NCBI GenBank assembly: GCA_002269645.1
Contig: NIVC01000576.1
Location: 1-64,000 of the forward strand
Length of the DNA stretch: 64,000 nt
Direction: 5' to 3'
Origin: Macrostomum lignano
Lineage: Eukaryota
Shown piece after piece: positions 49,310 through 60,800 of this stretch; within the stretch, counting starts at the first letter, position 1, and each line of letters starts with the position of its first letter. Under the pieces are notes generated by a model. The model saw nothing but the letters and a program-made list of their open reading frames with translations, was not told the DNA's origin and did not search any database. Made by a program: the position numbers and the translations under genes.

Positions 49310-52300
49310 ATGGAGCTACCAGGGCGAGGCAGTCTAGTTGTTCTGGACTCGGACAGCCAGTCCTACACTGGTTTCTTTCGAAAGATGACAAATGATTTTC
49401 AATTTGAGCTGTACGATGCTCGAGACGAAAATGGAAGATACATCGGCAAGGTTTGCGTGCCTTTGGATCAGGTTTCTAAGTGTGAGTGTGGTATGGAGAC
49501 CGAGACTCTGGATGTGGGTAGCAACTGTTTACTACTTAAGCAGAGCAGATGTCCATTAGATGGAAGCAGCAGGGTGCTCACTAGATGACAAGATGGAAGC
49601 AGCAGGGTGCTCACTAGATGACTAGATGGAAGCAGCAGGGTGTCCACTAGATGACTAGATGGAAGCAGCAGGGTGCTCACTAGATGACTAGATGGAAGCA
49701 GCAGGGTGCTCACTAGATGACTAGATGGAAGCAGCAGGGTGCTCACTAGATGACTAGATGGAAGCAGCAGGGTGCTCACTAGATGACTAGATGGAAGCAG
49801 CAGGGTGCTCACTAGATGACTAGATGGAAGCAGCAGGGTGCTCACTAGATGACTAGATGGAAGCAGCAGGGTGCTCACTAGATGACTAGATGGAAGCAGC
49901 AGGGTGCTCACTAGATGACTAGATGGATCGTCATTTGTAGGTAACTGAAGTTCAAATTGTTCTGTAGCTAGAATCATTTTTTTAATTCTAATTTTTCCGG
50001 TTTTTTTAGTGCTCGTCTCCGAAGAGATGTCGGATCCGGAAAGTTGCAGCAGTTGTGGTGAATCGTCCATTGAATCCTCGGCCACTGCCGCTGCCGCCGC
50101 CGCCGCCACTGAGAGCCGATTGACCTGCTCAAGTCCGGGGTCCCGCACGGCGAGCGAAGAAGCAGCTGCAGCGCGGCAAAACAATTTTGGGTGAGGCTTA
50201 ACTCGAATGTAGTCAAGAATTCGATCGATGCCTTTGGATCATAACTCAAATTTTAACTGGTTATTTAATTTGTATATGTACTTTACCCAACACTCCTAGT
50301 ACCTCATCACTTGGATCTACCGTGACCTTTCCCTGCTTTTTTCCAGGTATCCCATCTATCCCAATTCTACCCAATTTACCAGACTTGTAGCCCATCTACC
50401 CTACTTCTACCCCATCTACCCCACTTCTACCCCATCTACCCCACTTCTATCCCATCTACCCCACTTCTACCCCATCTACCCCACTTCTACCCAAATTACC
50501 AGACTTGTAGCCCTTCTACCCTACTTTTACCCCATCTACCCCACTTCTACCCCAATTCTAACCCATCTACCCGACTTCTACCCCACTTCTACCCCATCTA
50601 CCCCACTTCTACCCCACTTCTAACCCATCTACCCTACTTGTACCCCATCTACCTCACTTCCATCCCATATACCCTATTTCTAGCCTATCCACCCCGCATT
50701 TATCCTGTCTATAAAACATTAAAACCAATTTACAACAGTCTCAGACAGGAGCCTTTCCTACCGCCAAAGTGTCCAGTGCCGAAACATTACGGCGGCATAC
50801 TTCTTGGCTCTAATGAAAAACATCAGCACGGCATGCTGAATCTTCTGCCCGAAACGGATGCCGCAAGCTGCTTGCCCGACGGATTCATCTACGGTAAGAA
50901 AGTCGCTAATATGCATTATACGAGGAGTGTCCCAGAAGTAGTGTCGCTTTTGCTTGCTTCCACAAGTATTGCTTTTGTCATGCTATGTGGAACTGGGGAC
51001 ATCCAAAACGGAACGGCCCATAGGGTTCTATGGCCCAGCACTTGAATCAACTCGAGACAGCAAGCCATAGACAACTTAATTTGTCATGCAATATGGAATG
51101 GTGAGCCAAAATAGAAGAAACGGTGAGCCAAAATAGAAGGAACGGTGAGCCAAAATAGAAGGAACGGTGAGCCAAAATAGAAGAAACGGTGAGCCAAAAT
51201 AGAAGGAATGGTGAGCCAAAATAGAATTGAAGGAACGGTGAGCCAAAATAGAAGGAACGGTGAGCCAAAATAGAATTGAAGGAACGGTGAGCCAAAATAG
51301 AAGGAACGGTGAGCCAAAATAGAAGGAACGGTGAGCCAAAATAGAAGGAACGGTGAGCCAAAATAGAAGGAACGGTGAGCCAAAATAGAATTGAAGGAAC
51401 GGTGAGCCAAAATAGAAGGAACGGTGAGCCAAAATAGAATTGAAGGAACGGTGAGCCAAAATAGAAGGAACGGTGAGCCAAAATAGAAGGAACGGTGAGC
51501 CAAAATAGAAGGAACGGTGAGCCAAAATAGAAGGAACGGTGAGCCAAAATAGAATTGAAGGAACGGTGAGCCAAAATAGAAGAAACGGTGAGCCAAAATA
51601 GAAGGAACGGTGAGCCAAAATAGAAGAAACGGTGAGCCAAAATAGAAGGAACGGTGAGCCAAAATAGAAGGAACGGTGAGCCAAAATAGAAGGAACGGTG
51701 AGCCAAAATAGAAGAAACGGTGAGCCAAAATAGAAGGAACGGTGAGCCAAAATAGAAGAAACGGTGAGCCAAAATAGAAGGAACGGTGAGCCAAAATAGA
51801 AGGAACGGTGAGCCAAAATAGAAGGAACGGTGAGCCAAAATAGAAGGAACGGTGAGCCAAAATAGAAGGAACGGTGAGCCAAAATAGAAGAAACGGTGAG
51901 CCAAAATAGAAGGAACGGTGAGCCAAAATAGAAGGAACGGTGAGCCAAAATAGAAGGAACGGTGAGCCAAAATAGAATTGAAGGAACGGTGAGCCAAAAT
52001 AGAAGGAACGGTGAGCCAAAATAGAATTGAAGGAACGGTGAGCCAAAATAGAAGGAACGGTGAGCCAAAATAGAAGGAACGGTGAGCCAAAATAGAAGGA
52101 ACGGTGAGCCAAAATAGAAGAAACGGTGAGCCAAAATAGAATTGAAGGAACGGTGAGCCAAAATAGAAGAAACGGTGAGCCAAAATAGAAGGAACGGTGA
52201 GCCAAAATAGAAGAAACGGTGAGCCAAAATAGAAGGAACGGTGAGCCAAAATAGAAGGAACGGTGAGCCAAAATAGAAGGAACGGTGAGCCAAAATAGAA

Positions 52301-55300
52301 GAAACGGTGAGCCAAAATAGAAGGAACGGTGAGCCAAAATAGAAGAAACGGTGAGCCAAAATAGAAGGAACGGTGAGCCAAAATAGAAGGAACGGTGAGC
52401 CAAAATAGAAGGAACGGTGAGCCAAAATAGAATTGAAGGAACGGTGAGCCAAAATAGAAGGAACGGTGAGCCAAAATAGAATTGAAGGAACGGTGAGCCA
52501 AAATAGAAGGAACGGTGAGCCAAAATAGAAGAAACGGTGAGCCAAAATAGAAGGAACGGTGAGCCAAAATAGAATTGAAGGAACGGTGAGCCAAAATAGA
52601 AGAAACGGTGAGCCAAAATAGAAGGAACGGTGAGCCAAAATAGAAGAAACGGTGAGCCAAAATAGAAGGAACGGTGAGCCAAAATAGAAGGAACGGTGAG
52701 CCAAAATAGAAGGAACGGTGAGCCAAAATAGAAGAAACGGTGAGCCAAAATAGAAGGAACGGTGAGCCAAAATAGAAGAAACGGTGAGCCAAAATAGAAG
52801 GAACGGTGAGCCAAAATAGAAGGAACGGTGAGCCAAAATAGAAGGAACGGTGAGCCAAAATAGAATTGAAGGAACGGTGAGCCAAAATAGAAGGAACGGT
52901 GAGCCAAAATAGAATTGAAGGAACGGTGAGCCAAAATAGAAGGAACGGTGAGCCAAAATAGAAGAAACGGTGAGCCAAAATAGAAGGAACGGTGAGCCAA
53001 AATAGAATTGAAGGAACGGTGAGCCAAAATAGAAGAAACGGTGAGCCAAAATAGAAGGAACGGTGAGCCAAAATAGAAGAAACGGTGAGCCAAAATAGAA
53101 GGAACGGTGAGCCAAAATAGAAGGAACGGTGAGCCAAAATAGAAGGAACGGTGAGCCAAAATAGAAGAAACGGTGAGCCAAAATAGAAGGAACGGTGAGC
53201 CAAAATAGAAGAAACGGTGAGCCAAAATAGAAGGAACGGTGAGCCAAAATAGAAGGAACGGTGAGCCAAAATAGAAGGAACGGTGAGCCAAAATAGAAGG
53301 AACGGTGAGCCAAAATAGAAGGAACGGTGAGCCAAAATAGAAGAAACGGTGAGCCAAAATAGAAGGAACGGTGAGCCAAAATAGAAGGAACGGTGAGCCA
53401 AAATAGAAGGAACGGTGAGCCAAAATAGAATTGAAGGAACGGTGAGCCAAAATAGAAGGAACGGTGAGCCAAAATAGAATTGAAGGAACGGTGAGCCAAA
53501 ATAGAAGGAACGGTGAGCCAAAATAGAAGGAACGGTGAGCCAAAATAGAAGGAACGGTGAGCCAAAATAGAAGGAACGGTGAGCCAAAATAGAATTGAAG
53601 GAACGGTGAGCCAAAATAGAAGAAACGGTGAGCCAAAATAGAAGGAACGGTGAGCCAAAATAGAAGAAACGGTGAGCCAAAATAGAAGGAACGGTGAGCC
53701 AAAATAGAAGGAACGGTGAGCCAAAATAGAAGGAACGGTGAGCCAAAATAGAAGAAACGGTGAGCCAAAATAGAAGGAACGGTGAGCCAAAATAGAAGAA
53801 ACGGTGAGCCAAAATAGAAGGAACGGTGAGCCAAAATAGAAGGAACGGTGAGCCAAAATAGAAGGAACGGTGAGCCAAAATAGAAGGAACGGTGAGCCAA
53901 AATAGAAGGAACGGTGAGCCAAAATAGAAGGAACGGTGAGCCAAAATAGAAGGAACGGTGAGCCAAAATAGAAGGAACGGTGAGCCAAAATAGAAGAAAC
54001 GGTGAGCCAAAATAGAAGGAACGGTGAGCCAAAATAGAATTGAAGGAACGGTGAGCCAAAATAGAAGAAACGGTGAGCCAAAATAGAAGGAACGGTGAGC
54101 CAAAATAGAAGAAACGGTGAGCCAAAATAGAAGGAACGGTGAGCCAAAATAGAAGGAACGGTGAGCCAAAATAGAAGGAACGGTGAGCCAAAATAGAAGA
54201 AACGGTGAGCCAAAATAGAAGGAACGGTGAGCCAAAATAGAAGAAACGGTGAGCCAAAATAGAAGGAACGGTGAGCCAAAATAGAAGGAACGGTGAGCCA
54301 AAATAGAAGGAACGGTGAGCCAAAATAGAAGGAACGGTGAGCCAAAATAGAAGGAACGGTGAGCCAAAATAGAAGGAACGGTGAGCCAAAATAGAAGGAA
54401 CGGTGAGCCAAAATAGAAGGAACGGTGAGCCAAAATAGAAGGAACGGTGAGCCAAAATAGAAGGAACGGTGAGCCAAAATAGAATTGAAGGAACGGTGAG
54501 CCAAAATAGAAGAAACGGTGAGCCAAAATAGAAGGAACGGTGAGCCAAAATAGAAGAAACGGTGAGCCAAAATAGAAGGAACGGTGAGCCAAAATAGAAG
54601 GAACGGTGAGCCAAAATAGAAGGAACGGTGAGCCAAAATAGAAGAAACGGTGAGCCAAAATAGAAGGAACGGTGAGCCAAAATAGAAGAAACGGTGAGCC
54701 AAAATAGAAGGAACGGTGAGCCAAAATAGAAGGAACGGTGAGCCAAAATAGAAGGAACGGTGAGCCAAAATAGAAGGAACGGTGAGCCAAAATAGAAGGA
54801 ACGGTGAGCCAAAATAGAAGGAACGGTGAGCCAAAATAGAAGGAACGGTGAGCCAAAATAGAAGAAACGGTGAGCCAAAATAGAAGGAACGGTGAGCCAA
54901 AATAGAAGGGACGATTTGAGCTTTTCACAGAGGCAAGTTGGAAGCTTTTCTGACAAGCCGCATGTGAGCCTTAAAACAATTGATCGAGAAATGGATGGTT
55001 TGCTCTTTACGATCAAACTTGCTACCAATGGGATGGATGTCGACGCCAGAAGCGAATACGCTAAAGAAAAGAGTTGACCTTTTTATATTTGATGGTTTCA
55101 ATTTGTGACTTAAACTGTGCTTCATTAATGTCTGTTTTTATTATTTCTGCAAATAAAACTCTAACCGTTCCTTCTATTCCGGCTCATCGTTCCTTATTGC
55201 ATGACAAATCGAGTTGTCTATGGCTTGCTTTTCCCGAGTTAATTCAAACACTTGGCTATAGAATTCTATGGCCCGTTCCGTTTTGCATGCCCACTGTTAC

Positions 55301-58300
55301 ACACATGGATGAATGAATAGAATGGATTGCTATTCTGGCTCTGGCTATTTTCGTTTTTGACTCTTTTGCATCCAGTTCCCCCCCCCCGTGCCTTTTCATT
55401 GGTTGATGATTGCCATAGACAATTTTCGGCCTTCGCCCCTTTCTTTCGATGCACAAGCGCAAAGAACTGAGAATTTCAACAAAGTTCAATTTCAACACAA
55501 GTAACTTCTATTTACTAACAAGAAAGCGCTTGTGCATCGAAAGAAAGGGGCAAAGGCCGAAAATTGTCTATGGCAATCATCAACCAATGAAAAGGCACGG
55601 GGGGGAACTGGATGCAAAAGAGTCAAAAACGAAAATAGCCAGAGCCAGAATAGCAATCCATTCTATTCATTCATCCATGGTTACACATAGCATGACAAAA
55701 GCAATATTAATGTGTGTTAAAAAAACCATAGGCCTTAAAAGTTAGCGGCTTATTTTAGCTTTCATGCCACGAAAGTCCGATTTTTATAAGTGCTTCATGC
55801 TGATCAGCTGTACTTGTGGCTTTCTTCTGAGTGAGCATAGAAGCACTATGCGGTGTGCATTTCTATGGCTAAGGGTATGCGAACAAATTCATGCTACTTT
55901 CAGCAGGAAGCACTTATAAAAATCGGACTTTCGTGGCATGAAAGCTAAAATAAGCCGCTAACTTTTAAGGCATATGATTTTTTTAACACGCATTAATACT
56001 TGTGGAAGCAAGCAAAAGCGACACTACTTCTGGGACACCCCTCGTAAAAATGCATTGATTAAAATCAGGGATGCATTTTGCGTTACACTACTGTTAGTAG
56101 TTTTCAATCATTGAAATGTTATAGTGTTGGTTTTAATTTATTTTATAAGAAAGTCTGAGTTACATTTGCGCTGTTCTTTTTACATTGCAGACGCGAATTT
56201 CAACGAAGCAACAAACGCTAATTGCGTCCTAGTTACCACGGCAATTGGCGTTGAACGGGCCCTAGCCGCGTTAGCTACCGCAGATCTACTAGCTGTGCTG
56301 TGCCATGGCGCCAATCTGCGAGGCCAAGCTAAAACCAGCTCCCGGCCTAGCCTAATCTCGGTTGCTATGCCAATTAACGATATTAATAGTCGAGTATTTC
56401 TCTTTGATTTAGACTCCTGCACGGCTGCTGTTATGAGCGGTCTAGCTAAGTTGCTGAGCTCTTGTCGGGAGCCCTACAACCGACATCTAGTTGTTGTTAG
56501 CTACGATTGTAGGCTGTTGAAACGGCACCTGCCCATGCTTGATTGCAGCGCCAATGATGCTAACGTTAAATTTGTTGACTTGCAGGTTTGTTTAGTAATT
56601 CGTTTCTTATATTTGCTTTAGACAAGACAAGACAAATCGCCCCAGACTCAGATCTGAGAATCGCCCCAGACTCAGATCTGAGAATCGCCCCAGACTCAGA
56701 TCAGAGAATCGCCCCAGACTCAGATCAGAGAATCGCCCCAGACTGAGATCGGAGAGAATCGCCCCAGACTCAAATCGGAGAGAATCGCCCCAGGCTCAGA
56801 TCGGAGGGAATCGCCCCAGACTCAGATCGGAGAATCGCCCCATACTCAGATCGGAGGGAATCGCCCCAGACTCAGATCGGAGAATCGCCCCAGACTCAGA
56901 TCGGAGAATCGCCCCAGACTCAGATCGGAGAGAATCGCCCCAGACTCAAATCGGAGAGAATCGCCCCAGATTCAGATCGGAGAATCGCCTTAGACTCAGA
57001 TCGGAGAGAATCGCCCCAGACTCAGATCGGAGAGAATCGCCCCAGACTCAGATCTGAGAATCGCCCCAGACTCAGATCGGAGATAATCGCCCCAGACTGA
57101 GATCGGAGATAATCGCCCCAGACTCATATCGGAAAATCGCCCTTAGACTCAGATCATATAATCGCCCCAGACTCAGATCTGAGAATCGCCCTAGACTCAG
57201 ATCGGAGAAAAATCGCCCCAGACTCAGATCGGAGAATCGCCCCAGACTCAGATCGGAGAATCGCCCCAGACTGAGATCGGAGAATCGCCCCAGACTCATA
57301 TCGGAAAATCGCCCCAGACTCAGATCGGAGAATCGCCCCAGACTGAGATCGGAGAATCGCCCCAGACTCATATCGGAAAATCGCCCCAGACTCAGATCGG
57401 AGAATCGCCCCAGACTCAGATCGGTAAAAAGCTCCCAAATTCAGGCAGAAAAATGCCCATCTAACCCGATCCCATCCGCCACCCGCCCAACAGGTGCTGT
57501 CAACCACCCTGCAGCAGTTATACAGCGATGGCAAGTGCAGCCACGCCTGCCGCGGTCTCTACTGTCTGATGCAGACCTACCTGGGCAAGCCGGATCCCTA
57601 CAAGGAGCCTCGAGCTCGGGAGGACTTTCTAGTCGAAGACTCCGCCGTCTGGCGCCGACGACCATTGCACCCGGCTCTGCTTGTTGCTTCCTACGACAAA
57701 AGCAGACAAGTATTGCCGCTGTACAATGAGATGCTCTCAGCTCTGCTCAACCCTGTCTATCGGGCTAGTAAAGATCGGATGTTAGCCGAACAGCAAGCCA
57801 AAGATGTGCTAGATAATCCTAGACATGTGCAGCATCGCTATTGCAATTTGTTTGCGCCTTGGTCAAATTTTCTTGGCGCTACTACTGTTGCTGATGCTGC
57901 TACTGCTAGTAATACTAGTAGAAAATTGCGCCACGCTAAATCTGCAGCCGCTAAATTAGATCAACAGACTGTTGCTGCTTCTGCTGCTCCGGTTGCTGCT
58001 TCTGTTGCTGCTCCTGCTCCGAAATCGCCTAGGCTACCAAGTGACGTCACCCTGGGTGTATCTAAGGACACCCTGATTTCATCAGTAGATTTTGTTAGTC
58101 AGTTGGCTAAAGCTGAAGAAAGCGGCCTGCCTAGCGACTATTTCTGCTCTATTCCTAGCCAGGCTGCACTGGATCAGATGCGCAACCTGCGCGTCAAGGG
58201 AGACGCTGTGAAACAACCTGATGGTAAATCTGCTATAGGTGGGGTATATAGGGGGGGGCAGGGAAGGGACAGGTAGAAGGAGGAGAGAGAGGGGTAGAGA

Positions 58301-60358
58301 CGTGATAGGGAAGGACAGAGACAGGAGAGGGAAAGGCAGAGACAGGAGAGGGAAAGGCAGAGACAGGAGAGGGAAAGGCAGAGACAGGAGAGGGAAAGGC
58401 AGAGACAGGAGAGGGAAGGACATAGACAGGAGAGGGAAAGGCAGAGACAGGAGAGGGAAAGGCAGAGACAGGAGAGGGAAAGGCAGAGACAGGAGAGGGA
58501 AAGGCAGAGACAGGAGAGGGAAAGGCAGAGACAGGAGAGGGAAGGACATAGACAGGAGAGGGAAAGGCAGAGACAGGAGAGGGAAAGGCAGAGACAGGAG
58601 AGGGAAAGGCAGAGACAGGAGAGGGAAAGGCAGAGACAGGAGAGGGAAGGGCAGAGACAGGAGAGGGAAAGGCAGAGACAGGAGCTCGAGCTCGGGAGGA
58701 CTTTCTAGTCGAAGACTCCGCCGTCTGGCGCCGACGACCATTGCACCCGGCTCTGCTTGTTGCTTCCTACGACAAAAGCAGACAAGTATTGCCGCTGTAC
58801 AATGAGATGCTCTCAGCTCTGCTCAACCCTGTCTATCGGGCTAGTAAAGATCGGATGTTAGCCGAACAGCAAGCCAAAGATGTGCTAGATAATCCTAGAC
58901 ATGTGCAGCATCGCTATTGCAATTTGTTTGCGCCTTGGTCAAATTTTCTTGGCGCTACTACTGTTGCTGATGCTGCTACTGCTAGTAATACTAGTAGAAA
59001 ATTGCGCCACGCTAAATCTGCAGCCGCTAAATTAGATCAACAGACTGTTGCTGCTTCTGCTGCTCCGGTTGCTGCTTCTGTTGCTGCTCCTGCTCCGAAA
59101 TCGCCTAGGCTACCAAGTGACGTCACCCTGGGTGTATCTAAGGACACCCTGATTTCATCAGTAGATTTTGTTAGTCAGTTGGCTAAAGCTGAAGAAAGCG
59201 GCCTGCCTAGCGACTATTTCTGCTCTATTCCTAGCCAGGCTGCACTGGATCAGATGCGCAACCTGCGCGTCAAGGGAGACGCTGTGAAACAACCTGATGG
59301 TAAATCTGCTATAGGTGGGGTATATAGGGGGGGGCAGGGAAGGGACAGGTAGAAGGAGGAGAGAGAGGGGTAGAGACGTGATAGGGAAGGACAGAGACAG
59401 GAGAGGGAAAGGCAGAGACAGGAGAGGGAAAGGCAGAGACAGGAGAGGGAAAGGCAGAGACAGGAGAGGGAAAGGCAGAGACAGGAGAGGGAAGGACATA
59501 GACAGGAGAGGGAAAGGCAGAGACAGGAGAGGGAAAGGCAGAGACAGGAGAGGGAAAGGCAGAGACAGGAGAGGGAAAGGCAGAGACAGGAGAGGGAAAG
59601 GCAGAGACAGGAGAGGGAAGGACATAGACAGGAGAGGGAAAGGCAGAGACAGGAGAGGGAAAGGCAGAGACAGGAGAGGGAAAGGCAGAGACAGGAGAGG
59701 GAAAGGCAGAGACAGGAGAGGGAAAGGCAGAGACAGGAGAGGGAAGGGCAGAGACAGGAGAGATAAAGGCAGAGACAGGAGAGATAAAGGCAGAGACAGG
59801 AGAGGGAAGGGCAGAGACAGGAGAGATAAAGGCAGAGACAGGAGAGATAAAGGCAGAGACAGGAGAGGGAAGGGCAGAGACAGGAGAGGATACAATCACT
59901 GCAACTCGGTTTCAAAACCAGCAGAAGTTCATCATGCCAGCGGGAGCAACAGCACAGTCAGCTGCTACAGCACTGCCAGCAGCAGCATTGGCGGCGGCGG
60001 CGGTTACAGCGGTCGGGGCCGCGGAATTAGACGATCAGCCGAGCTGGAATTCGACATAGCACCAGGCTGCAGCGACGAGAGTGCGGCTACCAGCTGTCTG
60101 CGTATACCGCAGGCTGATAGCGCCCAGCAAAGTCGCGGCAGGTGTCGCGGCGGTTCGTCAGCTGCTCTGCAGCAGCGGCAGCAGCAGTCGCCGTGCTCGC
60201 CAATCACATCATCGACAGCGAATTCTACTGTCGGAAGTTTGACGCCGAATCATTCGTCATTGCCGTCGTTTGGTTTCGGCCGGGGTCGAGGTGGTAGCGG
60301 CGGAAGCGGAAGTAACCTGCTGGGATCGGCTGCCGGAGGAGTGGGCGTAGGGTTTTAA
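49310..60358 (+). CDS. EXD1: EXD1-like protein (Lsm-like N-terminus, catalytically altered DnaQ 3'-5' exonuclease fold, low-complexity C-terminus), ~692 aa; join(49310..49481,50010..50190,50745..50893,56191..56585,57494..58238,59922..60358)
   Basis: Six exons with GT-AG boundaries and phases 1,2,1,0,1 sum to 2079 nt in one frame. LLAVLCHG..RVFLFDL..GLAKLL..VSYDCRLL..FVDLQV and AVWRRRPLHPALL resemble EXD1. The start codon is uncertain. Confidence 0.78.
49545..49925. repeat. 33-bp minisatellite in EXD1 intron 1
   Basis: Unit ACTAGATGGAAGCAGCAGGGTGCTCACTAGATG. Confidence 0.95.
50350..50680. repeat. ~20-bp C-rich minisatellite in EXD1 intron 2
   Basis: Recurring CCCCATCTACCCCACTTCTA. Confidence 0.85.
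51095..54909. repeat. 3.8-kb array of a 22-bp satellite with A/G and +AATTG variants
   Basis: Unit GGTGAGCCAAAATAGAAGGAAC; variants end GAAGAAAC or carry a 5-bp insertion (ATAGAATTGAAGG). Confidence 0.99.
55304..55679. mobile_element. MITE with ~155-bp TIRs and 8-bp TSD (P- or hAT-type)
   Basis: CATGGATGAATG...CATTCATCCATG with TSD GTTACACA at 55296-55303 and 55680-55687. Confidence 0.85.
55707..55996. mobile_element. MITE with ~90-bp TIRs and TA TSD
   Basis: TTAATGTGTGTTAAAAAAACCATAGGCCTTAAAAGTTAGCGG... pairs with ...CCGCTAACTTTTAAGGCATATGATTTTTTAACACGCATTAA. TA at 55705-55706 and 55997-55998. Removing it restores the host TIR. Confidence 0.82.
56636..57423. repeat. ~24-bp minisatellite in EXD1 intron 4
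   Basis: Unit CTCAGATCGGAGAATCGCCCCAGA. Confidence 0.95.
57610..59760 (+). repeat. Tandem duplication (period 1076 bp) of most of EXD1 exon 5 plus its downstream repeat
   Basis: 58686-59314 repeats 57610-58238 essentially exactly. The junction GAGACAGGAG|CTCGAGCTCGGG is at ~58685. Confidence 0.92.
58310..58684. repeat. 21-bp purine-rich minisatellite (first copy)
   Basis: Unit GAGACAGGAGAGGGAAAGGCA. Confidence 0.95.
59386..59888. repeat. 21-bp purine-rich minisatellite (second copy)
   Basis: Same unit, with GATAAAGG variants near the end. Confidence 0.95.
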
Positions 60359-60497
60359 TTGATTTGTTTGTTTTAATTATGTTTGTTTCTAATTTTTCTG
60401 TTTTGTGAGCCCAGCCCGTGTTGACCTTGTTAGGTAACTTCTGGCCTTTCTCTGCAACTCTGTATGCCCTGTGCCTGATTTCTGATTCTGGTAGAGA

Positions 60498-60498
<1 letters not shown>

Positions 60499-60540
<42 letters not shown>

Positions 60541-60567
60541 GACTGTCTGTCTGTCTGTCTGTCTGAC

Positions 60568-60604
<37 letters not shown>

Positions 60605-60646
60605 GACTGTCTGTCTGTCTGTCTGTCTGACTGTCTGTCTGTCTGA

Positions 60647-60678
<32 letters not shown>

Positions 60679-60691
60679 ATCTATCTATCTA

Positions 60692-60759
<68 letters not shown>

Positions 60760-60800
60760 TCCATCTATCTATCTATCCATCTATCTATCTGTCTATCTAT
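60499..60800. repeat. (TCTG)n/(TCTA)n compound microsatellite
   Basis: Direct reading. Confidence 0.97.

Larger units (their letters stand above)
50921..56044. mobile_element. Tc1/mariner-like non-autonomous element with ~200-bp TIRs in EXD1 intron 3
   Basis: TA|CGAGGAGTGTCCCAGAAGTAGTGTC at 50919 and GACACTACTTCTGGGACACCCCTCG|TA ending at 56046. The left TIR 50921-~51122 is the inverted match of 55165-55303 plus 55688-55706 plus 55999-56044. A possible HTH remnant (FSQRQVG..VSLKTIDREM..FTIK) lies at ~54910-55077. Confidence 0.75.

Noticed and set aside
49468-50184. 238-aa minus-strand ORF with SSHLVSTLLLP repeats
   Set aside because: It is antisense to EXD1 exon 2 and the intron 1 minisatellite. 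The plus-strand splice model explains the region.
51095-54909. CRISPR-like array
   Set aside because: The units are directly adjacent with no unique spacers, there are no cas genes, and the context is eukaryotic.
51047-55028. Three ~1300-aa minus-strand ORFs (SILAHRSFYFGSPFLLFWLTVP repeats)
   Set aside because: They are translations of the 22-bp satellite, whose minus strand lacks stop codons. All three frames give the same repeat and the array is intronic.
58082-60358. 347-aa RRGKGRD-repeat ORF and complementary LSLPFPL/SPVSAFP ORFs
   Set aside because: Read-through of a 21-bp intronic minisatellite. Only 59922-60358 is used, as the last EXD1 exon.
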